DNA of 63,933 nucleotides, counting the filler, from Lenisia limosa (Eukaryota; Protista; Breviatea), in assembly GCA_001655205.1 (NCBI GenBank). It is 16 parts of 16 records of this genome, joined end to end, with 100 filler letters (N's around TTAATTAATTAA, not from the genome) between each part and the next. Parts side by side here need not be neighbours in the genome. Positions count along the whole stretch, not along the records: positions 23,534 to 31,576 come from LPNZ01006519.1; positions 31,677 to 34,916 come from LPNZ01006070.1; positions 35,017 to 41,699 come from LPNZ01007157.1; 13 more parts are not named here. One strand, given 5' to 3'. Below the pieces are notes generated by a model that was given only the letters and a program-made list of their open reading frames with translations, did not search any database and had not been told where the DNA came from. Position 1 is the first letter of the stretch, and each line of letters starts with the position of its first letter. This document shows, piece by piece, positions 27,460 to 40,663 of the stretch. The position numbers and the translations under genes were made by a program.

Positions 27460-29503
27460 ATGGAAGAAATTATCGCTTCCCTATGTGCTAAGAGAAAGAT
27501 CGACAGGGAAAGGGCCGCTGTTCGCCTTGCCAGTCTTATTGGTAGGATATTTACAAATAAACAGCATAGAGATAGTATAGAAGGCTATTTGTGTGACCCC
27601 CTCCAGACCAGAATCCAGAAGCTGAATTGGAGATCAATGGACTTCTTGATCTGTGTGAAGCTGAAGTCTGGGAGAGCAGAGCTGGAGGTTTCATCGGACT
27701 GAAGGTAAAAAGGGTGGCACTTCAGGACCGATTATGGACGTTTTCTTCGACATAAGAACCAACTTTCATTCCTTCAGTGCATTGTTGAGAAGAAACCCAA
27801 GACATTCAATGACAAGATTCTGGCCAAGAGTACCGCGCATCTCGAGGATAAGGAAACGCGTGTCAGGTGAGACTTGGTGCAAATGAAGATAAACTGAGTC
27901 TTTTTGCAACACTTACATCACTGTTACCACTCTTGTGCACGAAGCTATTCTTTTTTGTATGTGCACGAATCGAATTCTTCACCTTCTTCATTATAGAAAT
28001 TATTTGGACGAAACTGTGCAATTGATTTTGGCAATTAGCTGTGAATTTTGAAAAAAAAAATATCTGAAATGGCTTTCTGTGTGTTTAAAATTACACAATA
28101 ATTTGTATGGAGTCCTAATAATATTAATATTCTTTTTTTTTATGTTATTAATAACTAAAAACTCTTCATAAGTTCTTCAGTCTCCACCTTCTTCACTGTA
28201 GTATTACACCATGATGGTACTAATGGATTATTCACCATGGTATTGATTATTCTTCAGGGCAGTTGTGGCGGAGGTGTTAGCTGCACTCGCAACCCAGGAC
28301 GGCATTTCTGTCTACCAATCTATCAAGGAGTATGCGGGCCATGCGTTCGTAATTTGAGCCAAATCTGTGCTCCTGAACTCACCAATCAGGGACCTTCTCT
28401 CGTCAATTAAGTCGAACTTCCAGAGGGGTGAAGCAAATGCCGAGTCCGTTATCGACTTCGTGGATCGCAGCAAGAAGAAGAAATGGGATGATGGTGCGGG
28501 GGGGGGGGGNNNNNNNNNNNNNNNNNNNNNNNNNNNNNNNNNNNNNNNNNNNNNNNNNNNNNNNNNNNNNNNNNNNNNNNNNNNNNNNNNNNNNNNNNAA
28601 CATTCACTGAAATCAAAAAGACAAACTCTGTGTGGATAGAATTTTGATTCCGTTGAATTTGAGACCCGTGATGTCTTTAGATGACTACGTTGATGATGCC
28701 GAACTCGACGATCCCATGGCCCCAGTGTATATGGTGGGGTATTTGCAGTCGCGGGGCTATAATATGGTTGATTAGAGAGTACTTTTTGTAAAATGAAAAA
28801 GTTGGTATTGGATCTTCTTGCGGCTTATTCTGACGATCTAGGGATCTTATGCGAGTGCGGACGTGAGTCACGCTGGACAGGAGGCGACTGAGGAGAACTC
28901 TGTGGTGTCTACATACGACTGCTCTGACCAAGATGCACTTGGCAAGGTATCGGGTACCCCCAGAATCGCTTTCTATTTCTTCTTTTACCTCCAACCAATA
29001 TTACAGGCACATGTGATCATTTGATCTCCTCATCCCGCCTTTACCCATATGAAGTTATTATCTACCCACCGCCACCAACAGCCAGAGTTGATTTTTTCAA
29101 AAGTTGTCCAATCCTAGAGTTGATTTGGGTTCTTTTTGTTTCATAAATTTTCCAATTTTACTTCCCCCCCCCCCCNNNNNNNNNNNNNNNNNNNNNNNNN
29201 NNNNNNNNNNNNNNNNNNNNNNNNNNNNNNNNNNNNNNNNNNNNNNNNNNNNNNNNNNNNNNNNNNNNNNNNNNNNNNNNTGCTCTTGAAACCTCCTTCC
29301 AGGTTAGCTTCTGGTGGCTCCTTTTGCAACTCTCTTGGTGAAAAACGAATTGAAAGGGGAGAATCTTCAGCTTGTCTAAACAATGATGTGATACTGTTAA
29401 TGCTCTTCATTGTGGGATTTTGTTCCCATAGCACTTTTGACCTTTGACATCCCAGGTTCTTGAGTTGGTTGCCGAGGCTTGCCATGAGGATTTCGCAAGA
29501 GAG
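27460..29503 (+). CDS. HEAT/ARM-like repeat protein, 3' incomplete
   Basis: Exons MEEIIASLCAKRKIDRERAAVRL, EVWESRAGGFIGLK, HLEDKETRVR|AVVAEVLAAL, ALETSFQ|VLELVAEAC. The LED.E.RVR..A.EVL..L segment is HEAT-like. Confidence 0.6.
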
Positions 29504-30129
29504 GTGAGGGCTCTTCCTCACTTTTTTGGAGCATCATTATGTTCACCAATTTTGAACTGGATTGTCAATCATTTCCAACTTTCTTTTTTTTTATTTCTCA
29601 TTTCAACCTTCATNNNNNNNNNNNNNNNNNNNNNNNNNNNNNNNNNNNNNNNNNNNNNNNNNNNNNNNNNNNNNNNNNNNNNNNNNNNNNNNNNNNNNNN
29701 NNNNNNNNNTAGCTCTTGAGTACCTTTTGTTTTAAGCAGGCTGCTCAACAAAAATGAAACCTTGGAGAAAAAAAAGTTGGTCAACAAAAAATTTAGGCTA
29801 GATTCGAAGTATCCACACGCCTGTGGACAGGTAGGTTAAAAGAGGTTTGAGAACATTTGAAAAGCGAGTAAGGGCTGACTTCGAGTGGATCGGTGTTTGA
29901 CATGGGTGTCTAAATGACACCAACCGCTTTTCTTGCTTCATTCTTGGTTTCCAAAAACTCTATCAGGGGTATTTTTAAACCTGCCTCCTGAAATCATTTT
30001 GAACCATTGAATGGTATCATTAATTACCAACATTAGGCAACACAATGCCACCACCAGCGCAATGCATCAAAATGAAGAATCAGAGAATTGTATTAAGCGC
30101 ACGAAGGTCTCTTCATCTCGGGGCGCTTG

Positions 30130-31070
30130 TCAACTAAGATCCTTCCTTCAAGCTGAGTTTCAGACCAATCGTCTGGGAAACGGATACCAGAAAGCATGTA
30201 CCAAAGTTTGATATGTGTAATAAGTTCAACAGTCCGCTGAAGCCCCGTACAACAGCGTTAGTGGGCAACTGAAGGTACGTGATTTGCCATGAAGCCCATT
30301 TAAAACAACTGGTGGTTCAGCAGGGGATGCGAATTTGTCATGATTATGAAACATTAACATAGCAAGCGCCAGGAACAAAACCCTTTGTAGGGATGTGAAC
30401 TGGGAGGGCCGGATTATCTGAGAGAAGTTGTCTTTGGAGTACTTCCTTTCTAGTCCATTATTAAACTCAAAGTTGAGCGTCATTGGGGGCATTTTGGTAC
30501 GTTGAATTGAATCATCCTCATCAATACAAAATTGGCAATTGGCCTTGACTGTAGGTCGTGAGAGTTCATCAAATCTGATATTAATCAATTTGGAAGAATT
30601 ATCATTATGTCAAACCAACCTTTTGCAATTCATCGACACTATTTATGATTGCAATGATAAAACTTACACAATACTGTAGATATCATATCAATTTACTTAA
30701 AATGTGAACAGGTTTTCAACCCTGTCAACCCGGTGAAATCCAAACACGAAACATTAGAGAGGTTACGGTTTCTTTCTTCTAACAGTCGATCAAAGCATAT
30801 CGATAGAGGTATCAGGATCACTTGGAAGAGGATCAAACTACTTTAATATGACTCCTTCACCTGAGGTCGTTCGGAAGTTTGAAGAGCCCCCTCTTGTTCA
30901 ACTCCATTTTGTAAGCTGTAGCTCCACAGACGCATTTGTAGCGGTGGTTGACAACATAGGTGAGTGCATCTTGCAACCAATTCATCCCTTCAAAGATGAG
31001 GTAAACATCACTCTCCATTATAAATGTCAAGATATTATTCTGTGATAAACTCCACTGGTACAAATGATAA
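30130..31070 (-). pseudogene. Possible degraded intron-poor coding segment of unknown family
   Basis: Successive open stretches in different frames (ORFs 30226-30588 and 30857-31063, plus KLWYMLSGIRFPDDW...). No clear splice structure or motif. Confidence 0.2.
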
Positions 31071-31454
31071 ATATATTACATGTAATAGGATATATGATAT
31101 GTAATATACGCCAAGAAGAGCCTCCAGGAAATGAGGGTTCATTCTCATGACAGTGGCCATAAAAAGACCCCACTTCAGAAGCGAAGTTTTGGCCGAAGAG
31201 CCCACTCAAAAGCGAAGTTTTGGCCGAAGAGCTGAAGCAATGTGCGAAGGAAGAAAAATAAATAGTAGTTAATGTCTTTTAACACGATTTCTTCGTTTTG
31301 CTCCCCTCTCCTGACACTGACCTAAACTTTATCAGTCTTGCTCTTTGTAACCTGTAATCTCATTTTTCTTATCCAGTTAATTTTCAAATAGCTACATAGT
31401 AGTACTGTATGGTCTTATGTTTTTATTCTTATTAAAATTGTCCAATTTTTGGAG

Positions 31455-31560
31455 TGATGGGATGCGGTGCTGCAGAAGCTACTAGCCTGGCCTTTGCTTG
31501 TTTTGTTTATCAACCCTCGTGTGTTGCTAGCCAACAGAGTTGATTTTGGGCTTCTTCTTT
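31455..31560 (+). repeat. Family A copy (host gene unclear)
   Basis: Near-consensus match, including the hairpin at 31510-31543. Confidence 0.85.
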
Positions 31561-31681
31561 TTTTTTTTTTTTTTTTNNNNNNNNNNNNNNNNNNNNNNNN
31601 NNNNNNNNNNNNNNNNNNNNTTAATTAATTAANNNNNNNNNNNNNNNNNNNNNNNNNNNNNNNNNNNNNNNNNNNNCCCAG

Positions 31682-34600
31682 TACTTTGCCAACGAAAACT
31701 TCCGAATGGCAGCCTTAGACTGTCTCATTGAGATCGCCAACCTTGCCCTGGAAGACGCGTACAAGGAGCAGTTCAAGGGCCTTTTCACCAGCTTTGTGCA
31801 GCAGGTCACTCAGATCATTCTCCCCCAGGTAGGTTCTCGTGACCGTGTCCCCCTTGTTTCCCTTGTCTTCTGTGCCTGTTTTGTTTCTCTACTGTCTTTT
31901 CTCACCCCTCCTCAGACAGACCTCAATGAGATCTTCACCAACGGGTTTGTGGGCAAAATGCGAGTTGACTCTCGATATTGTATTCCATTTTGATTCCTAA
32001 GCCTTTTCTCTCCCCCACACGCATTCCTACCATTATATTTTGTTAGGGGCTTATGATTGCAATTTTATCCCTTTTTTTTTTCTGTTTTTTTTTTTCAAAA
32101 ATCACTTCACCCAGAGATGATGATACTCGTCACTTCATCATGAACGTGGCCAACTTCTTCGTTTCGTTCTACAAGACCAAGCTGTCACTTGCCGAGTCGC
32201 CTGAAATCGAGTCCTCCAACCTGGCTGCCTTGAACCTCATGGTCAATATCTCGAAGATCTCTGAGGAGGAGCCTTTCAAGGTTTGTTGACAGGACTGGTC
32301 CAGGTTTTTGAAGGGATCTGTCGTTTTGCCGGTTTCGTGTTCTAGCTTTTTGATAGCACATTTCATCGTGTAGGTTTGCATTGAGCTTTGGAGTGTGATT
32401 TCAAGTGACCTTTACAATGCCGCCCCCGTTCTTCCCAAGCCGGTATGCCTTTGTGCTGTGGACCCAGATTCTAGAAGCTGAAAATGGATCGCTTTTATTT
32501 AGTATGGTATCATCATCATCATATCGTTTTTTGACACATATTATTACATACATAATCGGTTTATGGTATCATATCATATCATATCGTTTTTTGACACATA
32601 TTATTACATACATAATCGGTTCCACTTTACAGTTTAACATTTCCAGACTCTCCTGCTGGGCTCTTTCAACCAGGCACCCCAGGCCCCTTCAAGGAAGAAC
32701 CTCTACAGCTCAATCCTTAGCCAGGTTCGTGGTGAAAATTCATGTTTATTCTACAATAATAAAAAAATAGGACAGGACTATTTCTTGAGTATTTTATAGT
32801 TAACACATATCGGTCTATGATTAGTCATTGTCGAGGATTCATTGAGACTCTTTCAACCTCCTAGGTCCGTGAGATCCTTATTTTCCGGATGGCTAAGCCC
32901 GAGGAGGTGCTGATTGTTGAAAATGACGTCGGTGAAATCGTGAGGGAAATGCAGAAGGTGGGTACTGAGGGGGCTTTTTGTAATATTTGGACACTATTCT
33001 GTATGGCTACACTGACTTGAATCGTGGATTTGTTGTTTCTTTTGTTGTTTCTTTTGGATCTTACGTAGCGCGTATACCCTGATTATAATATGCGCCTAGT
33101 TAAATACATTTAGGGAGCATAGTTGACCATTATAGGACACAGAAGTTCTCGAGATGTACAAGCGCATGAGAGAAGTACTGGTGTTCCTCACCCACCTTGA
33201 CTACCAAGATACCGAGCGCATCATGCTTGACAAGCTTGCTAAGCAGGTTGGTATCAACCATGGAGCACTTCGTCTCTTTTGTTGTGTTCTCTATTTTTTA
33301 GAATTTATTTGCAATATTATNNNNNNNNNNNNNNNNNNNNNNNNNNNNNNNNNNNNNNNNNNNNNNNNNNNNNNNNNNNNNNNNNNNNNNNNNNNNNNNN
33401 NNNNNNNNNNNNNNNNNNNNNNNNNNNNNNNNNNNNNNNNNNNNNNNNNNNNNNNNNNNNNNNNNNNNNNNNNNNNNNNNNNNNNNNNNNNNAGGCTGCC
33501 ACAGTGGGGGGGGGGGTCAACGCAGCCGTCACATTTATCAGAAGTGGCTGGGAAATCATTTCTCAGTATTTGCATCATACACTCCCCCTCCTCCCTCCCA
33601 TTTCCACATATTCAACTCGAGCTAATAAGTACATATAACTCCTGATGATGCATTACACAGCCCTTCTGACCGCTCAGCCGAGGAAGCGGAGAAAAACTTC
33701 CTCGTTGTCATCATCACCGACCTCATCATGCTCACTGAGAAGAAGAGCGGAAAGGCCAACAGGGCTGTGGTCGCCTCCAACATCATGTACATTGTTGGAC
33801 AGGTGAGAGGATAACTTCTGAGAACTGTTGTAAGTTTTGNNNNNNNNNNNNNNNNNNNNNNNNNNNNNNNNNNNNNNNNNNNNNNNNNNNNNNNNNNNNN
33901 NNNNNNNNNNNNNNNNNNNNNNNNNNNNNNNNNNNNNNNNNNNNNNNNNNNNNNNNNNNNNNNNNNNNNNNNNNNNNNNNNNNNGGTTCGTATTTTTTAT
34001 GTCCTAGTACCCGCGATTCCTTCGCAACCACTGGCGCTTCCTCCGCACTGTCACAAGGAAACTGTTCGAGTTCATGCATGAGAGCCACCCTGGTGTTCAG
34101 GTGCGTGGGTCTGTTTATTGTTATGGTTAGATTACTGTTTTTCGGTCTGAGGGAATTACGATTTATTACACATAAGTAAGTAATATTGTTTGATGTTTTT
34201 TTTCTCAAAGCTGTGTGTATAGAGCCGTGAGAGCTGACTGGGTACGGTACTGACCTATACTACCTCTTTTCTTCATTTCCACATCAACAGTCGTCTTATC
34301 TTTCAGGACATGGTTGTGGATACCTTCCTGAAGATCGCAACCAAGTGCAAGAAGAAGTACGCTACTACCCAGGTTGGGGGGGCACGCGTTAGGGGAGGCG
34401 AAGTCCCTCCATTTTGTTTTATTTGAGGAAACATTTTGACTTTCGTTTGATACATTCTGATGTTCGCTGGAGTGGTGGGATGCGTTGCTGCAGAAGCGAC
34501 TGGCCCGGGNNNNNNNNNNNNNNNNNNNNNNNNNNNNNNNNNNNNNNNNNNNNNNNNNNNNNNNNNNNNNNNNNNNNNNNNNNNNNNNNNNNNNNNNNNN

Positions 34601-34753
34601 NNNNNNNNNNNNNNNNNNNNNNNNNNNNNNNNNNNNNNNNNNNNNNNNNNNNNNNNNNNNNNNNNNNNNNNNNNNNNNNNNNNNNNNNNNNNNNNNNNNN
34701 NNNNNNNNNNNNNNNNNNNNGGACAGCACACCTCTGATCTTGAAGACCATCAG
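31682..34753 (+). CDS. XPO1: Exportin-1 (CRM1), internal portion
   Basis: [55 protein letters not shown]|[26 protein letters not shown]|[11 protein letters not shown] are all CRM1 signatures. Confidence 0.97.
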
Positions 34754-35016
34754 GTTTGCACCCCAGAATCTTTTGAGTCTCTGCAATATTTCCAAGAGTT
34801 GGAATAGTGTGAATCCACACAAATTTGTTGGATTTGATCCTGATATCATATTAAATGTGACTTATAGTGCATTTATACAATCGTCTATTTCAACTCTCCT
34901 TCACTCCCCCCCCCCCNNNNNNNNNNNNNNNNNNNNNNNNNNNNNNNNNNNNNNNNNNNNTTAATTAATTAANNNNNNNNNNNNNNNNNNNNNNNNNNNN
35001 NNNNNNNNNNNNNNNN

Positions 35017-36010
35017 AGTGCACAATCTGTTCACTAAGACGGCCTTCACGCAGGAAATGCGCTTCACCTTCCTCGAAAAGCTGTTTAAGCTCAGAATCGA
35101 GCGAGTGAGTGGGCTTTCAATATTTGTATTTTGGCACACACCATGAATAATCATTGGCTTTCCAATTTTATCCCCCGGACTCTTCAAAGGCTGGATCGGG
35201 CTTGTTTTTGTTTTTGTGTTTTGTCATCTGGCTTTTTTCTAGTCTTAGTGTTGGTTACTCATGTTTGTTATTGCTCGTTTTTTGTTTGTTTGGNNNNNNN
35301 NNNNNNNNNNNNNNNNNNNNNNNNNNNNNNNNNNNNNNNNNNNNNNNNNNNNNNNNNNNNNNNNNNNNNNNNNNNNNNNNNNNNNNNNNNNNNNNNNNNN
35401 NNNNNNNNNNNNNNNNNNNNNNNNNNNNNNNNNNNNNNNNNNNNNNNNNNNNNNNNNNNNNNNNNNNNNNNNNNNNNTGGCCAAACCTGACCTTGCGTCC
35501 TTCCATCAAACCGTGGGAGGGGGGACTATGGAGAATTGAGGGGTAGAGTTTAAGAAGAGGTCGTTGCCATCAAGTATTTGGAATAAATATTGAAATCGAA
35601 AATTGACTGTTTCTCTTCACGTCACCCTCTAACCCCTCAGTTCATTCCCCTTTTCCTTCAGTCTGCCGGACTCCCGCCCTCCTCCCAGGATGGTGCCCTT
35701 CTTGCTTCTCAGTGGGCGTGGCGCTACTTCTAGATTTTCATGATAGGACGCGGTGCTGTAAAAGCTTTGTTTTTTTTCTTGTTATCAACCCTTGGGTGTT
35801 TTCAGCCAANNNNNNNNNNNNNNNNNNNNNNNNNNNNNNNNNNNNNNNNNNNNNNNNNNNNNNNNNNNNNNNNNNNNNNNNNNNNNNNNNNNNNNNNNNN
35901 NNNNNNNNNNNNNNNNNNNNNNNNNNNNNNNNNNNNNNNNNNNNNNNNNNNNNNNNNNNNNNNNNNNTCGGGATATTGCGTTCTTCCTCTCCCGGGCCGC
36001 GGTTGCCTAG
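35017..36010 (+). CDS. C-terminal exons of an unidentified protein (not CRM1)
   Basis: VHNLFTKTAFTQEMRFTFLEKLFKLRIER ... AKPDLASFHQT|SAGLPPSSQDGALLLL ... RDIAFFLSRAAVA*. Confidence 0.45.
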
Positions 36011-37019
36011 ACTGTAGCTGTTTAGTGACGTCATAGACGGTTGATATTTGAGATTTTTTTTTGAATTTTTTTTTCAGGATTGATTGGACAGTCGGGAAGT
36101 TGAAATGTTGCCGAAGCCGTCCACACCATCACGCACAATAGATATTGGATTATAGTCTAAGTATAATATTAATTCAACCAATATATTGTAGTAGTATATA
36201 TGATATAATTTGGCTTGTTTGGTTCATTTGACCTTGAAACTGGTTCAGCCAGTTGCGTCATCGCAAGCTTTTTGATGAGAATCCTGATGTTGCTTCTTGG
36301 TGATCTGTTTTTGCCGCACCAGAGTCAAAATTGCCGCGCCGGGCCGCAGCAGCGGAAAATTTTTGAAGTACTGAGTACAAAACTTCAAAAAGAAAATCAA
36401 TGAGAAGCGCCAAATTTTTTTTGGCCTTTTCCCCAAAATTGTCTTGCGCGGCAAAAAGTAATTTCTCAACGGAACCGTCGCTCTACCGTCTTATATTAGG
36501 GTGAAATAGAGCAAATGTAAGTTCACTCAAAAATTAGTTCGTAAGCTGCATATAAGGAAACGAGCACTGAGGGCGAGAAGATGATTATGATTCTTCATAA
36601 TTTCGAACTCAATTTTACAATATGAAGTGAGGCACATTGTAGCAGCGACTGACAGTTTGACAATTAGTAAAAGCGTTTTTTATGATACGGGCAGACTCAA
36701 GAAATTTTAAATGCTTTGGAAGCAAGCAGTGAATGTTCAGTGATTTATTGTTCAATTATTTATCACAGCAATAACTGATAGAAATTTGGAATTGATATGA
36801 AATGAAGGTATTGGTGTATTCGGTCAAATGCATATCATTCAAATCAGTAAAGAATTGATATATCATTTGCTATACGTTGAGCAAGACAACATCCACAGGT
36901 TCAGTCAACTAAGACAGATACATTGTTACCATTATTTGCAGGATCAAAAACAAAAACTACGATACAGGTATATTATATAAAAAAAAAACATTTAAATACT
37001 CACAAAAATAGCCTCGACT

Positions 37020-38674
37020 CTAGAGGAAGAGAACGAGAAGGGCAAAGAGGGCAACGGAGGGAAGGAAGACGGCGGCGGGGGAGTCGAGGCCAGCGTCACT
37101 CACACCGATCTTGGGGTCCCAGACAATGCTGATGTGTGAAAGACAGGAGAATAATACATGGAGAAATAAAAAATAAAAATAGTGTGAGGGAGGGGAGGAA
37201 CACGAAGAAGTGGGAGACAATATCATACAGGGTAAACAAGGGCCATGATATAGATATGGGAAATAGGCGTCATGAAGGTGTAGGGGGCATTAGGATGAAT
37301 ATATAGCAATGAGAAATAAAAAAGAAGGTAGTATCTAGCTGAAGCCGTCCACACCATCACGCTTATAAGGGATATTGGATTATAGTATAATACTAATTCA
37401 TGCAAACCTGTCAGGCTGGGAGTTGTCGTCAATGGTGAAGTAGACCTTCTGGGCAGTCTCGCCGTCGTCCTTCTCCTGGGTATCGGCAGTGTCCTCAGAA
37501 ATGGCGGAGGCAGCGACGTCGACATCCTTGGAGCCAGCACGGACCTAAGTAATAAGCCGCTGTGATAGTTTCCACAGTAAGACAATACACTAAATGATAT
37601 TAATACTGGGTTAACATATTGCATAAGCAATCAGATAACGAAAAGATGAACTGCAGGCACACAGCCTTGGAGGCCACAAACCTTCTTCTTGTAGGAGAAG
37701 AACATTCCGTTGGTCTCGATCTCGGCTTCCTCCTCGCCGGCCACGACACCCTCGTCCTGCTCGGTGGAGGTGGTGCGCTGACGAACAGCCTCCTTGGTGT
37801 CCAAAATGTAGCCGACGGCAAGCCTATTGCGTGAGAAATACAGAATGTCACAGTTTAGCGCAAAGAAGATCCCCCACCCCCCGCAGACTTAGTGGCGGTT
37901 CCCTTATAGTCGAAGTTGTTGATCTCAAGGTCGAACTTGGCTGAGTTGGGGGAGACGGTGTAATCAGTCTTCTCGACAATGGAACTGGCAAGCTCATACT
38001 TGATGGAAACAATGTTGTCCTACATGGTTAGAAGAAGCCGCAAATATCGAAAAAGGAAAAGTGGTGAGAATGCCAAAACGCAAACCGAGGAGGTAGTGGA
38101 AATAGCAATGATGCCGTCAGCGTCCTCCNNNNNNNNNNTTGAAAGAATAGCGAGAAACAACATCCATGCCATCTGAAATGTCACTCCATATCAGTAGAAA
38201 AGGAATCCGAATGTGATATTAAAAGAAAAGAGGAATATGGAGGAAGAGAAATTGAATGCAAACCTTCATAGGTGGGCTTCTCAGTGGTGGGGTTGAACTC
38301 AACGATCTCGAAAACGCGAAGGCGGGAAGCAATGAGAGAGTCGGAGGAGGTCTCATCAGAGGACTTATCCATGACACGAAGACGGGAAGCTAGAAGGTGG
38401 AAAATTAAAAATGACATGGCAAAAATTCCATAAATACAAAAGAATCAAGCAATGTACCACATGCCCACTCACTGATGACGGGGGTATTCCTAAGTGTGTA
38501 GCTAATGAAAGTCTTGCCATCCTCATCAGATTGCTTCGAGGTGATTCTCACCATGTTTTTATTGTCGGTGACCTTGAGAGCGCGTTTGAATTTGGGGTCA
38601 TTCTTTTTATCCGAAGCGGCCGATACGACGAGGAAGAGAGCCAAGAGGCTGAAGAGGAGTGTTGTGAAACGCAT
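37020..38674 (-). CDS. Secreted, C-terminally anchored (GPI or TM) surface or lysosomal-type protein, family unknown
   Basis: Signal peptide MRFTTLLFSLLALFLVVSA and about six in-phase exons (…SAKFDLEINNFDYKG…LAVGYILDTK…). Ends in a hydrophobic tail AAVFLPSVALFALLVLFL*. Codon usage resembles highly expressed genes such as RPL13A. Confidence 0.7.
37309..37400 (-). repeat. Family B copy in surface-protein intron
   Basis: Near-consensus, sense to the host gene. Confidence 0.85.
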
Positions 38675-40663
38675 TGCTTTTCAGAAAATGGAAGTTGTAG
38701 TTGCTGTTTGATTGTGTATAATAAAAAGTTATTCAATTCTTGCGCTTTCTTTCACTTAAATAGAGGAAGGTGTCAAATTTTTTCTCAGGAGAAATTCCTT
38801 TACAGAGTCAATGAACTCCTCACATAGCCTCCTAATAACAATAGATATTACGTTAACATTTGTATAATTATATTAATTATATTAATATAGTGAGATATTA
38901 GACAGATTAACGAAATATTGAAATACTAAAACACTTGTCAGATGAGGTAATATTATACCCCAGCAATATTATATGCTAAAAAACTAATAATGCCATAATG
39001 CCATAATGCCGTAAAGCCGTAAATCTCAAGTTCAGTTATTAATAATTTATTTAAAATTAAATAAAAACGAAAGGAACACTGCGGAACCTCTTTTATTGTT
39101 TTATTTTAATACTCCCCAATCGTTCTTCGCGTGTCACTACGGGTTTTCTTGAACAGATTTGTTAAATAAAGACTGAAACTGACGACAGATAGTACTAAAA
39201 AGCTTCCCCTCTTTCACCACGTTGATCACAGTATCGTTTGAGGATGCTCTTCGGCTTCTCTTCATGGATTGTCGGATTTGTAGGCTAATGTTATTTCTGA
39301 TGTTATTCACATCCAGACCCTTCTTCTCAATGGAGGTGCCATTATCAACTTGAAGTAAGCCAGCGTGGAATTGTTCTTTTGAGATCATTATTCAAGTAAA
39401 GCTCTTTTAACCCCAAGCTTTTCAACAATTTGGCATACGACAGCCTTGATCTTATTCATTATCGATTGAATTCTAACTATAAAGCTTATCAATTGTGTAC
39501 TAAAATGCCTTGAATACGATGTTATTGGAGGCTTTGGCCTTAATTTCACATTTCCATAACAACACAGGGTTGATGCTGGCGACCCAAACGAAATGATGGT
39601 GAAAGACCACTCGGCAATGACAAAGGTGAGGACATGGTGCCCATTTGCCCCCCTCCCCACACCTTGTTCTTTTTTCTTTTAATATGATGTACATTAATAT
39701 ATTGGGTTAACACAATAAAAATTCTACTTTACGGGGCCACGCTCTCCCAAATACCGTAGGCAATATACCATTTATAACGCGATGATGTTAATTATTTCAA
39801 AATACTAAAATGGTATGAGTATTGAATATTTAAAGACGTTACCAGTACCACTTTCAGTCATCTTGTTCGTTATATTAGCCGTCTCATGTTTCTATTTTGC
39901 TGGTGGGAATGTTTTGGTTTGTATTATTGGGGTTCGTTTGTCCACTTCACACCTTAGATCAAGACAACAATTTCTACGCTTCAGGTATGAGTGGCCATGG
40001 GCAGGGAATCCTTATGAGATTAAAATGGTACAACATGAGAGGAAATACTAAAATTCTGTCTTTGCGTCGGGATGAAACCTATCAATATTCAGCTGATCAA
40101 TGGAGGTTGAAACCAATGAATGGGCGGTAATAAGTTGACTCATATGTTTATTTTCTCATGTCATTAGAGTTCGCTTTAACTCAATCGTAACATTTACCAT
40201 GTAGTCATTTAGAGGAGTGCTTGGAGTGTGGAACCTTGCTGTGATAGTTATGATGGCCTTGTAGGTGGGGGCAATAGTTATGATGGCCTTGTAGGTGGAG
40301 GTTTTATAGAGAAAAGGGGGTCAATGGCAATTTTGTTTTGATGCTTACTCTACAGGTTGTTTGGAAGTTAGATGGTGTTTTGTATTATAATGTATTGTAC
40401 AGTAAGAGAGCACAGTACCTGGAAGTTTCAATAAAAACAATATTTCTTCGCCAAATACACTGAGTATGAATTATGTTGTGATATAGTTCTATTACCACTC
40501 AATGTGAAAGCAAGAGGAATTAAGTCTCCCCCCCCCCTTTTTTTTACAGGTACCAATAACATGCATTACATTAAGAAACAAATAAAAAAACGAAACATTT
40601 AAAAATACAACCATAAACAATCAAGTCTTCTCACTCAATAATAACCTCTAACATATCGTGTAC

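Noticed and set aside
34961-36010. XPO1 continuing across the linker
   Set aside because: The exons after the linker do not match the expected CRM1 continuation and end in a stop, so they belong to another gene.
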